64,000 nt of DNA from Sphagnum compactum (taxonomy: Eukaryota), in contig OZ234493.1 of the NCBI GenBank assembly GCA_965153455.1, positions 8,298,213 through 8,362,212 of the forward strand, written 5' to 3'. A program made the position numbers and the translations under genes. This document shows, piece by piece, positions 24,521 to 36,700 of this stretch; position 1 is the stretch's first letter; every line of letters begins with the position of its first letter. Below the pieces are notes generated by a model. That model searched no databases. It saw nothing but the letters and a program-made list of their open reading frames with translations, and had not been told where the DNA came from.

Positions 24521-24750
24521 ATTCAATATTCAACAACTTTTGCACCGCAAGTCCAAATGTCATGGAACCAAAGCCCATGCACCCCTCCTCGTCGAGAGCT
24601 TTCCAAAGACACCCAAGAATGCGATCTGAAGCATCCCGGTTGTGTGGATCTCATAAGTACAAAACAAAACAAAACGAAGCAAACAAACAAACTACCTTCC
24701 TTCATAGATAGATCTGTATGTACATATAGGGTTTTAAAAGGGGGGAAAAA
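24521..24750. repeat. Short dispersed repeat upstream of the oxidase gene (related segment at ~46440-46530)
   Basis: Shares ...AAACAAACAAACT(A/G)CCTTCCTT(C/A)ATA(G/A)ATAGAT and upstream CCAAGA...CGGTT...ATCTCA motifs with 46440-46530. Non-coding. Confidence 0.5.
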
Positions 24751-25529
24751 AAAATGGATTTTTTGGTGTAAGGGTTTAGTGCAACTGACTGTACAGCTAT
24801 GAACTTCTTTTGTTACAATAAAAGTCAAGAGAACTTAATAAGATCTTGCAGAGCATGTGCAGCTCCTTTTGGACTCATTTGCTTCCCCACTCTGGAGTGT
24901 CCATTATTAAGTTGACAATTGACGTTGCAAGTTGACAAGGCACTGGAGCTGATGAGCTTTGCTACATTTTCCTCCCAATTATTTTGATCAGATCTGGTTT
25001 CCAGTTTTAGGGAATACGTTTTACCCTAAGGTCAGTTTTCGTCACTAAAGAATCCTCAAAATAGTGCATTGATTTTTTTTGTGAAAATATGAAGTATAAA
25101 TTGACATGTTGAAAATCATCATAACTCAATTATCATAGGCTACATACACTCTGAATATTTTCACTACCTATATATATGTGTGACAATATCATAATAGATC
25201 ATGGAGAAATTATTCTTGGAAAAGTTCCAAACTCAGAAAGAATAAACTATGAAAATCATGGCCATTTTTGTTTGTTTGCAAATTGTCATAACTTACTTCT
25301 GACAAAATCTCAAACTGCTAAAGTTTGTATGTAAGGGTCAAGCCCAGCAACATGTCAATGACTTTTTTGCAACCAATTGTCCTGGGTGCAAATTTGGATT
25401 CTTTTGTGGGTGTGGAAAAAGCCAAGAGACCAACAACATGCAGCATGGAGAAGGCCCAAGAGAGTGAGGTACAATGTAATAAACCCCAATCACCTGCCTA
25501 AAAAGCCTTCAAATTTCTGATCTTCTTGG

Positions 25530-25923
25530 AGGCAGGTTGTTTTATCATTTTGTGGTCGGCAAACTGGCGATCATCCACAAGAGGAATTAGCCAAATTTGG
25601 CTACAGTTCACAAATAATTATCAATTAATTAATTATGATTATTAATTAAAATTAATTGATTATTAAATTCTAAATTGTTATTGATTAATTAATATTAAAT
25701 GAATAACTAGTCAATATTAAAACTTTAAAACTTAATTAATATTTAATTTTGGAAACCTCATATAGTTTAGTGACTTGCTGAAACCCATTGTCTAAATATG
25801 GCAAATTCAGACCCTTTTGTTTTCCCTCAAAATATGGTGACATAGACACAGTTTCTCCACCAAAAAAAAAAACACTTTGCTGCACCCTGTCACCATGTAT
25901 TATCGTTCACCCACAAAACACTG
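25530..25923 (+). mobile_element. Short hAT-type MITE-like repeat, copy 1 (related copies at ~29670-29890 and ~39420-39680)
   Basis: The core GATCATCCA...TTAGCCAAATTTGGCTAC (palindromic) is shared, wholly or partly, at three sites. This copy ends in AAAACACTG, the reverse complement of the hAT-like terminus CAGTGTTTT. Confidence 0.5.
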
Positions 25924-27444
25924 GCTCTAGGAATTTATTTTTTTTGGGTGAAAAATCGCCAAAATGGGACACTAATTCCAGATTTTGGCAACAATTTTTT
26001 AGTTATTTTTCATAGAAGAGTCATCAAATTTTGCTCAAGAATTATTTTTTGGGAAGCATGTTGCCACAGTTTTGTATTTCTTGCTGTTTTTTGTTCTATT
26101 CCTCTTTGCTCTTCTTCCTCTTTGTTATTGACTATTTTTCTTCTATTTCTTCTCGTTCCTTTTCCTTTTTTTCCTTGCTGTGTTTTCTTCTCTTCCTCCT
26201 TGCTCGTCTTCCTCTTTTTTTTTCTTGCCATTTTTTGTTCTTCTTCCTTTTTTTTCCTCCTTTCTCCTCTTCCTCTCCTTTCTCTTGTTGCTTTTCTTAC
26301 ATTTTTTGTTATTATTTTTTTTGATGGTTTTTCTTGTTTCTCTCCTTGCCTTTCTTCATCTATTTTTCCTTGCTGCTTTTTTTTCTTTTTCATGCATGTT
26401 GGGCCTTTTAGTTTAGAACAAGATAAGAATTTGGAGAAACATTATACCTTGTTATAAAGGGTTGACAATTTTGGTTTTAAGCAAGATCACAATGCAATGT
26501 GGAGGTGAGTTTGGAACAACAAGACTTGCTACAAAAACACGACAAAACCTATGAGCTTCTAAAATGAATTTTTTTGTTTTTAAATTTTTAGTTTTTTTTT
26601 TAATTTAAAAAATTTCTACTATTTTTTGCATTTTTTTCCTTTTTGTGTGTTATTTCTATTTTTTCTTTCTATTTTTTTCATGTTTGTGCCCTTTTTTGCA
26701 TTTTTCTTTCTTATTATGTCTTTTATTTTGGTTTTGGTTTTTTTCCCTTTTTTTTGTGTTTCAAACTTAGTTTAAGTGTTCTTTTCTATTTTTTTAATAT
26801 ATATATTTTTAAATGTTTATGTGTTAATTTTTTATTTACTAATAAAATTGTTGAAACTTTTATTTACTAATGCATGTTTTTATTTGTGAATTAAATTGTG
26901 TAAAACTAACAAGGATGAGTTTATGATCAACATAATTCATCTTCACATTTAACACCAATAATTATACACATATCACCATGTTACATGTTACCAAAACAAT
27001 TGAAGGAGTTGCAATTTATCACTAATTCATGAAATTGTAAATGCAGAAACTAGTGATAGAAAAGGATTTTCAATGAAAAAGGAGTATCATTTCATTACTT
27101 TTATTTTTGTATTAACATGGACTTGTTGATTTGCATTTTTTTGGACACAATTCTTATGGTTTAATGCATTTTGCATGTAATTTATGTGTACATAGAAACT
27201 ACATAATTAATTTATGCCATTTGGTATTATGGCAACCAATGACATGTGACTGTTTTCCAAAAGATCTTAGTGAATTTTTGAATTTCAAGTTTCCTTCCAA
27301 GTTTACAATTATTCATCTAAATATTGCATCTTTACAAAATCAAATTTTGTTGTGTTAATCAGGCAAAGAATATGAAACCTTAATAATAAACATAAAAATT
27401 TGTTTAGAAATGCAATTATACCTACATATGAATATTTCATATTG

Positions 27445-27745
27445 CATTATACAATGTTTTCACCCCATAATACCCACATTAACCTCCCAAATTTTTCATT
27501 GGTTTCCTTGGTCAACCATGCAATATTTGCATCCATAATTATTAAACTACACTTTGTAACATTGTTGGCCCACAATACCCACATCACATTCCCAAAACTT
27601 TAATTGGTTTTCTTGGCCAACTATGTCATATTCACATCCATAATCGTTAAATTGGATTTTGCAACATTACCACCTTGCAACACCCACATTGCATTCTCAA
27701 AATTTTCATTGGTTTTTTTGGTTAATACTTGCCACCAACTATGCA
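27445..27745. repeat. 105-bp tandem triplication
   Basis: AA(T/C)ACCCACAT recurs at 27469, 27574 and 27679 (exact 105-bp period), with a conserved TT(C/A)ATTGGTTT...TTGG block in each unit. Confidence 0.8.
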
Positions 27746-28214
27746 TTACCAACATATGGGTCTTAAAATGTCAACTATTGTATCAACCAATTATGTAATA
27801 TCTGTATACCTACATGTCTTCCCAATTTAAAATTCGTTTATATATGAAATTGCATGTGTCATGTTCAACATGTGGTTTTGGTATACCAATGTGGGTATTG
27901 CATTTTGGGGTCAAAGGTCCACCTAAGGTAAAGTTTGGATTAACAAATGTTAATTTAAACATGACCTTTAATAGGAGTATTTCATATTGAATAATTAATA
28001 CAAACTTGTTAATAATGGATGAAAGTATTGCATTGTGATTTAAGGTGAGTTAATGAAATTTATCCATTTAAAAAATAATTGCTAAATCGTTTCAAAAGTG
28101 TGTTAAAATTCCATTCAACCTTAAATGCATTGATTTTTGCAATACCTTCATAAATGATAATCATCACCTTCCATAGTATCTTTAGAATTTTCTTATGTGT
28201 GAGCAATACCAAAG

Positions 28215-29235
28215 AGGTAATGATTTAGTCAAAAAATAAAAAATGTTTTGTTGAAATGTTAAAGTTTAGTTTTTAAAAAATATTGATTTTGCCAAAAAGT
28301 GGAGGTTTAACTAGGAAGTAAAAAGGTTTTGTTGAAAGGTGGGAATTTAACAAAGAAAAGATATTAATAGCCAAAACATAAAAGTTTAACCAAGGAAAGA
28401 TATTGGTTTTGCCAATAGATGGAGGTTTAACCAAGAAATAAAAGGGTTTTGTCGAAAGGTGGAAGTTTAACAAAAAAAAAACATTAATTTTGCTAAAAGA
28501 TAAGGGTTTGACCAATAAAATGTAAAAGCTTTGCTAAAAGGTAATGGTTTAACTTATAAATAAAAAGTTTTTGTTAAAAGGTAAAAGTTTAACCATAAAA
28601 AGATATTGATTTTGCCAAGAGATAAAAGTTTAGTTAAAAAGTAAAGAAGTTTTGTCAAAAGGTGAAAGTTTAGTTGGATAAAAATAGTAATTTTGTTGAA
28701 AGCTAAGGGTTTAGCCAAGAAAAGGTAAATGTTTTGTCAAAAGGTAATGATTTAGTCAATAAGTAAAGAAGTTTTGTCGAAAGGTGAAAGTTTAATCAAG
28801 TAAAGATATTAATTTTGTTGAAAGATAAGGGTTTAGCCAAGAAAAAGTAAAGGTTTTGCCGAACGATAACGATTTAGTTAATACATAAAGAAGTTTTGTC
28901 AAAAGATAGAAGTTTAGCTAAGAAAAATTATTGGTTTTGTCAAAAGATAAAGGTTCAACTAAAAAGTAAAGAGGTTTGCTAAGAACTAATGTTTAGTTTG
29001 GAAATTAAAAAAACTTGTCGAGATTTAAAAGCTTAGCTATGAAAAGATAAAAAACTTGTTAAGGAGAGATAAAAGTTTTGTTGAAAGATTGTGAAAAAAT
29101 AGAGGTTTAGCCCAAAAATTTTGTCAAAAGGTGGAGGTTTTGCCATTAAAAATAGGTTTTGCTAAGAAGCAAAAGTTTAACCAAGAAAAGATAAAAGCTT
29201 TTGCCTAAAAAATAAAAGTTTAGGCAACGAAAAAA
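28215..29235. repeat. Degenerate ~40-bp minisatellite array (roughly 25 units)
   Basis: Repeating unit approximately TTTTGYYRAAAGRTRRARGTTTARCCAAGAAAA(GTAAAGG|GATATTAA). Confidence 0.85.
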
Positions 29236-29669
29236 TAAAGGGTAGGTAGGAGGGCGGGGTCGGTTATAAGTTGGTAGGTAGGGCCAAGATGTAGGTCAAC
29301 AAGATGGCTGGGTCAGTAAGGTAACTAGGTGGGAAGGTTCCTTGAAGGTCAGGTTTGAGAAAAAACACACCCCCAAAAAAAAAAAAAAAAAAAAACTCAT
29401 AAGTCAGAAACCAAAACAAAAGTTGACTGATTGAGGCTGGATGAAAAATTGCAGCCCATCCTATGGACAGAATGGCCAACTGGTGCAGTCATCAGGGCTG
29501 GTTCACTCTGGCCCTCCTTGGGCACTACCTTACACTTAACAAAGGTCAAAGAAATGCCATAATGCATTTGGAGGGCGCCTTAAGATGCAAAATTTTCTAC
29601 TCTCAATTGGAGTGGGAGATTTCATAGAAGAGAGCTCACAGATTCGTGCAAGGCAATGTTGTCAGCCGG

Positions 29670-29890
29670 AGATGATTTAGCCAGATTTGGCTACAGACTA
29701 GATAGAAAGTAGAAAAAAATAGAATCCTTTTATATTCTTGGCTACCTACTGGAACTTATCATAAAAAATCGGTGATCCTTAATATGTGAATTTGGACCAT
29801 TTTTTTCCATGGAAAATCCTTTGTTGTATACGTCAAAATCATATTTTTCAGATCAAAATTTGACGAAATTTTGCAAATTTAAAAACACAC
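29670..29890 (+). repeat. Short MITE-like repeat, copy 2, followed by (CT)n
   Basis: GATTTAGCCAGATTTGGCTACAGACTAGATAGAAAGTAGAAAA shares the core with 25586 and 39498. (CT)n at 29892-29918. Confidence 0.5.
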
Positions 29891-30727
29891 ACTCTCTCTC
29901 TCTCTCTCTCTCTCTCTCGTATCTACCAATCTAATAGGACCTGAAATTTGGGATTTTGACTACATAGGTTACTAAGGTGAAACCTGATGTTAACTCAGTT
30001 GGGTTTCATCCACACTTTGAGTCATAACGAGAGCATTCCAATTGCAATGGTGACTCTTGGGGTTTGAAACACTCTCTGGCCCTAATAAGCTCCTCCCCGC
30101 AAGAAAGGTGACGCTGAAAGACACCACACAAAGTGAAATTTTTTTGGAGAAATCACGAACAAACTCGAACCCAAAAACCAAAATGTTGTCGTCATCGTAT
30201 TTTTATTTTTATTTTCCTTTCAGTGGCTATGACAATCGTGAATTGACAAAGAAATTTTGAAAGCGATTTTGGGATATATTAGCATCCCACAAGATTCAGA
30301 ATCTGTTGTCATGCAAAAATTTGGAATTTATTTTTTTTCCATGCATAGATTCTCTGCAACTCTGTAGTTTGATTTAGTTGTAGAAACTGATCTGGAAAAG
30401 AAACCCTGTTACCTGTAGTCTCGATTAAATTGCTTTCGTAATGTTGGAGCTTTTGTGACAGTTGAAGCGATCACTGGCATTCTTTCAATTGGAGCCTACA
30501 TTTGAAGGGATCAACCGCTTGGCATTCTTGTGTTGGGAGGCTGGAGCAATGTTATGATGGATCAACCGATCCAGTGGCATTCTTTGTTTCTTTGCTCTTT
30601 GTGATTGCCAAATGACTGATTCGAAATTCTGATTTTCATTCTGATTCTGCTTCATGATCAGTGAATGAAACAGAGGTGTACATACATCTAAGCTACATCT
30701 CCAAATCTTACAAACAAAAAGATAACA

Positions 30728-33700
30728 ATGGGAAGGATTTTGGTGGACAACGCGAAGCCGAGAGTGGGGCATGTCCGCTCTGAAGACCAATTTGTGCCAT
30801 CGATAGAGCCGCTCAAGTTCCTAGATGTCAAGGAGAAGGTGCTCGCACAAAAACTGCAGCCGTTTTTGCAATAGACACTTCCTTTTTCCTTTCTTGTTTG
30901 TGATGACCTCTTTGGTTGCTTGTGAATGCAAATGTTTGATAGAATCAAGGTTTCTGATTCTGTTGACACAGGACTTGCCATATGGTGGCAAGTTGTCGGC
31001 AAGGAAGAATGCCAAGCCTTGTGAGGGAGTCAATTTTGCACTTCTTGAGCAGACTGTGATCCAAAAAGGCGAAGGGAAATTATTGATGGCTGCTTTAACT
31101 GGTGTTCATGCTGCCAAGAAAAGCCTCTTCAATACCAGATTGCCATCTTCAGGACCAACCTTGAATCACAAGGCTGCCACTGTCCAGTTTGCAAGTGAGG
31201 TTGCTCCTACAATGGGGCTCAAATGTAGTCCACGAGGAGACACAATCAATGAATCAAAGAAACGTATGACTCATGAACCAATGTCAACTGGCAGAAGAGG
31301 TACATGACCATCTCTTCATATTCATGTGCAATTGGTCAAGTCATAAATTGTGGTTATGCACAATCATGAGTGAGGAGGCCTCATAGAGTGCAGCCGACCC
31401 TCTTCCTCGAAAAGAAGTTTGCAATTGGTTCCCACCACCACAAGACATACATGATGGTATGTATATTCTGATTATGCATTGCTGCAGACAACTGACCTCT
31501 TCTTTCTTTCAGTAGTCTTGGTTGATGCAGCAATGGACACCCATGATCTCATCAGACCGATTGATGTTCCTGCCACAGTGCAAGAACCTGAGCAAAGCTG
31601 GCTCTTTGAGACCCCAGCTGAGGAAGACATATATAACCGGATCAATGTAATTTGTGGATATTATTCTCAACTTTCTCTCTCATTTACAGATCCAAGTTTG
31701 CTTCTGATGAGCAAGTGGTAAGAGAAATACTAGATGTGCTTTAAGACATGATTGTTCTTCAATACACCTGTGTGTGTAATTATAATTTTAGTCTGGATGA
31801 GGACATCTTACTTAAATCTTTCCCAAAATATTGCCGGAGTCTTTGATGATGCCTCAAACCACATAGGACAGTTTAAGTAGTTGATATTCTGTTACTCAAC
31901 ACTCAAGTACCTTCTTGTTCTGGACATTCATGTTGTTCAAGAAAATATAAATTTGTTCATATGTGCTTCAGAACCCAGGCCTTAATGCTGCTCCAGCTAC
32001 CAGCCTAATTTCTATCAAGGACTATGTTAGGATGGTAAAGAATTCCATGGAGAAAATTGACATGCGGACTGCCATGCTGGAGGAACTTGAACTTGCAGAA
32101 GATGTTGAGAAATTGCCTAATACATACATGGATCCTGTGGATGAACTTAGACACAAGCCAAGACCAACATCAGAAAATGCTGGTGCCATGTGTGCTACTA
32201 GCTTGGTGATCAAGCAAGCCCGACGATTGGTACACTTGTTGATGCTCTAAACCATTATCTGTCAATGACATTTAATTCAATTCCTATTTAAATGGTTCTA
32301 GCGCTTCCAATATCCTTGCTATAGCCATTTTCTCCTCTAAGAATTTTTTCTTAATGCACCTTCCTTTTTGATGATCTGGGAATTCTCTGAATGTCTTACC
32401 TGTTGACAATACAACCTGTTGAATGAAAGGAGGATGTCACATTGAGGGGACATTGAGGTTCAAACCATGGGACTCTTAAGGTTCATTGCATGTCAAATGA
32501 ATTCAACTTGAATGCTCTATGAGAAAAAGGACTGCACAATTGCCTATTCAAACTTGCAGGTTGGGATGCTAGATCATGATCAAAGGGTGGTGGACTTAAC
32601 CGAAGTTGGCCTCTGGTTGCAAAAGTTGGGTATGTCTATCTATTATTCACTACCACATAATTGATCTCTATGTAATTGGCATTGTCGACATATAATTTCT
32701 TCAGAGTATGCCTCCATAAATGTATTTCAACTTGTGCCCGTTTACACTAACATCCTACATGCTTTCATCACAGCCATGATAGTCAGCTCAGACCTAAAGT
32801 AGTCGAGGAGTTCGGGCTCAAATGACCACCTTTTAAGCTTTTGAAAGTTCAAATGACCTGTAGGTGCATATTAGATTTTCCTCCATTAATGAGTCGACTC
32901 AATTAGCTACAACAGAGGTCATTGGTTGAACCATTGTCCACAAACCCAAGGGATGCGTGGCAGAAGATTTGGGAGAAGATATATAGGATATATTGCTTTC
33001 TTAGTGGTTAGAAATTTCCATGGTGGGAGAGGAAGCAATAGTGCTGATGAGTGTAAGGTCCATCAATTACACTTTTCACTGTCATCAGGAGGCTGATGTG
33101 GGGGGGAGTGTTTTCCAACATTCTGAACAACTTGGATAAAAGTATACATCATGTTGTTGCAGAAAATTAACAATCACAATTACCAACAAAACTCTTCTTT
33201 AAAACAGACACCGGTGACCACACGTGTATGCACATCCAGCATTTTGGACAAGCACTTGACAATTGACAAACTGTTTTCTTTATTTTTATTTCACACCTCA
33301 GTATTGTTGCTTGAATACCTGAGTTTGCAGGCGATATAGCAGCAGTCAAAGACGAGAAAGGAGTCGAGAGAAAATCACAAGCGCCGTTTTTGCAAAAGTA
33401 CATTCCACGGCCTTACAATGTTGGGGATTGGAGGTTGCCCTCTTCCCCAGCTATTGCTCTAATGTTTGCACAGGATGACATTCGCGAGCGTTTGAACCTT
33501 CAGTCCAAATCAAAGGTTCTTTCAACCAAACTATCTATGTAGTTGTCACCATTGGTATTTGTGCTCTGATTGTCTTCTAAATTAATGTTTGTGTTGTTAA
33601 TGGGTCCCCATTGTACATTGCTTGCTTCCTTTTCTCAGGAGCTTATTGCCTTCTACATCCTTCACACGGGCATGTATGTATCGTGGAGTCATTGAATTAT

Positions 33701-36700
33701 GTCCTAGTCAGGTCCCTTTGGCTAGCTAGAAATTTACCCTCACAATTCTGTACGGTGCAATGATAAAATTTCTGCTAATTACGTTCTTTCTGTGACACTT
33801 TGAAAACATGTATACACGTAGAGCATGATCAACCATCAAGATGGACTTTCAAGGGTTTTTTCTGGGGATATGAAAAACACTTTAATGCCTGAAGTCCGTT
33901 ATTCAAGAAACTTGTAAATTCTGAGGAGATAATTCATGATTGTTGAAAGTTAGCACCATCATTACACTGAATCAGGCTTCAGCCATGCAAACCTTTTGTT
34001 CATGCCTCAACATCATGGTTTAATGCATGTGGCACAGCAAATTATGTTGCACCACCAAGCAGAGCTGGAAGCTGCTAAGAAGAAAATGGAATCTATTTCT
34101 GGACAGGTCACTTTCATCCTCGGTTCTCAAAACATTTTCCATCTTCTGTCTCCAGAGTTCTGAAGATCAAAGTAATGGAAATCCGTTGTCAAAAACGTTG
34201 TCAAAATTGGGGTCATTGAGCACATCTATGGCCGTGCCAATGAATCATCTTGTGGTCTGGAATTTCACACATTCTTCATCACAAGATAATAGCCATTTAC
34301 CTAAAGTAAACCGAATCAGATTTGGTAGAAACCAAAGTGTTATTCTAGTTCAGAACATATAATGTGGGTTCCAGTTGTACTTACTGTAAGTGAACCCACC
34401 AATTTTCTTTTCTTTTCTTTTCTTTTCTTTGCTTTATTCCCTGCCGTTGACAAATGTTTTAGACAATACAGCAAAATTTGTGCATTGACATGCATTTCAT
34501 TTGAATGCTTCTGCTAAAATGTGTGTAGTAGTTTGCCAACCTTTTGTGAGAGCATCTTTCAACATGCTTTTAGCGGTATACCAAGTAGGATCATGTTTGA
34601 TGCCATCATAAATGCAATACCTTCTATCCTGAAATCTCAACATCATTCTTTCACAATTCATTGCCGAGCTGTCCTTATCATAGCAGAACCTTGATTTTAT
34701 TGCTTGAGAATCTATATTTTGGTTGACTCTATTTGTTGTAGTGCCAGCTAGAATAAGGAATCTAATTAGAACCTGGCTTACAGGCTATTGTTGTTTGGGA
34801 ATATATTGAATGGATATGCAGGAGGAAGATATGCAGGGGTATCTTGAGGGATTAAATACAGCGGTGATGTTCTCTCCTCTGGTTTGCTTTCCAAATTGAG
34901 AATGTCTCTACTAGTAACACAAGAAGATGAAACCATAGTGTAGCTTGCTTCAGGTTAAGGTCCAGACTGATGAAGGAAAGATGAGAAGGTGTAAAAAAAG
35001 AGATTATGGAGTACAAATTATTGAAGGCAATTGAGAACAGAAATACTCAAGAGAACACCATGCAAGATATGAATTGAGATCAATGGAAACTTAATCTCAA
35101 CTTACATGCAAAAGTGTGGCATGGACTTTTACAATATGACTTTGCAGGCAACACAAGAGGAGGTATTTGAGGACAAGATTGGAAGTGGCAACTCTGTAAG
35201 TGAAATTGAAAACATCCCACCAAATATCAACAATTTTCATTCAGGTAGTTTCAAATGGGGTAGGACTCATCTCTACTTGTCATTCATCTTGTTCATCAAA
35301 TGAAACAAGGCATCTTCAAAGTGCACTTCAAACATGTGAGATGATAATTGTTGTGCCTTGCTGGACCATAAACTTGTCTTGTCCTTCAGTTTTCTTTGTC
35401 CTAACAATTTCTTTCTATTTTTCTAGGTTGCTAATTGTCCAGTTATGTAGAATTTTCAAGTGTTGGTTCCATTGTTGAATTGCAGGATATGAAATCAAAA
35501 GCTGGATCTCCTAATAGTGGTAAATGTGCAGCACTTGAATATAGATATATGCAGTTCCACATTGTGAAATCCATTGCCTCTAAATGCAAGCAATTAGTAC
35601 ATCAACTCTCTTAGAACAACCTAGACAATCACCCTGACTCTTGGGTAATATTGCCCACAAGAAATGTTTCTTATTGTCTTCTATGTTGAGCATCTCAGGA
35701 CATGGTTCTACTTAATCAAAAGATATCTCAATTATAATCACTCGACCAGACATCAGAATCCTTGTTTAGCTAGGCCATCTGATGAGATGGGCCAATCTTT
35801 TGGGGATATTTTGCAGCATCAATGGATACCAAGGGGCGCCAAGATGAGGGTGATGGCGATGGGTATGATGACAGTGATATAGGGGATGGGTATTCATCGA
35901 CTGCTGGAGCAAGAGGTGGTGGAGGATATTTGCTGGGGTACAATGAAAGCAACTCTGTGAAAAAGGAGATAGGGAGGGGGATGCGAGGAGGTGGAGATCA
36001 TATAAAGAAGGTGATTACTGTGGAAGCAGGTGGGAGTGGAGGAGCAAGACAAGGGTATGGACAAACAACAAGACAAGGGGATGTAGACAGAGTAGTAGGA
36101 GGTGCTAGTGGAGAAGTAATTGCACGAGGGTATGAAGATGGAGGAGGTGGAGGGTACAGAAGAGCAACAGGATATGGGGATGGAGACAGAGTAGGAGGCT
36201 ATGGAATAGGTAATAGTGGAGGAGGAGGAGGGTATGGAGGAGCAACAGGACAACAGGATGGAGACACAAGAGTATATGGAATAGGTAGTAGTGGGGGAGG
36301 AGCATATGGAACAACAGCAGGACAACAGAATGGGAAGAGAGGAGTTTATGGAGTACGTAGTAGTGTTGAAGGAGGAGGAGGGCATGGAGCAGCAGCAGGA
36401 CAATTAGATGGAGATGGAGGAGGTTGTGGTGATCATGGAGGATATAGGGCTATAAATGCATCAGAGACAGTCAAAAAATTCAAGGCAAAACCAGGCACTA
36501 GGAGCTGCACAGATAACAATGCAAGTGGGTACACTAGCTCAAGTGGTCATAGTGCAAGTGAATTCAGCAGTGGTGATGCAGACAATTTGTCAAGCTCTGG
36601 ACAGTCTTCCATATCTTCTGACATTCTTCCTTCAAGTGGAGATGAAGATCCAAGGCAAAGGCATATGTCTCCTTCTAAGAGCTCAAGGAATAACCGGAAG

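Noticed and set aside
25948-26457. 169-aa Phe-rich (+) and 127-aa Lys/Glu/Arg-rich (-) ORFs
   Set aside because: Products of a pyrimidine-rich low-complexity tract, with no splice or domain support.
28215-29235. Regular array superficially like a CRISPR
   Set aside because: Degenerate head-to-tail units without unique spacers, no cas genes, eukaryotic context.
32915-33055. Extra candidate exon in the orphan gene
   Set aside because: It contains a stop in the required phase, and the model stays open without it.
35894-36403. 169-aa Ser/Cys-rich minus-strand ORF
   Set aside because: Antisense shadow of the Gly-rich exon.
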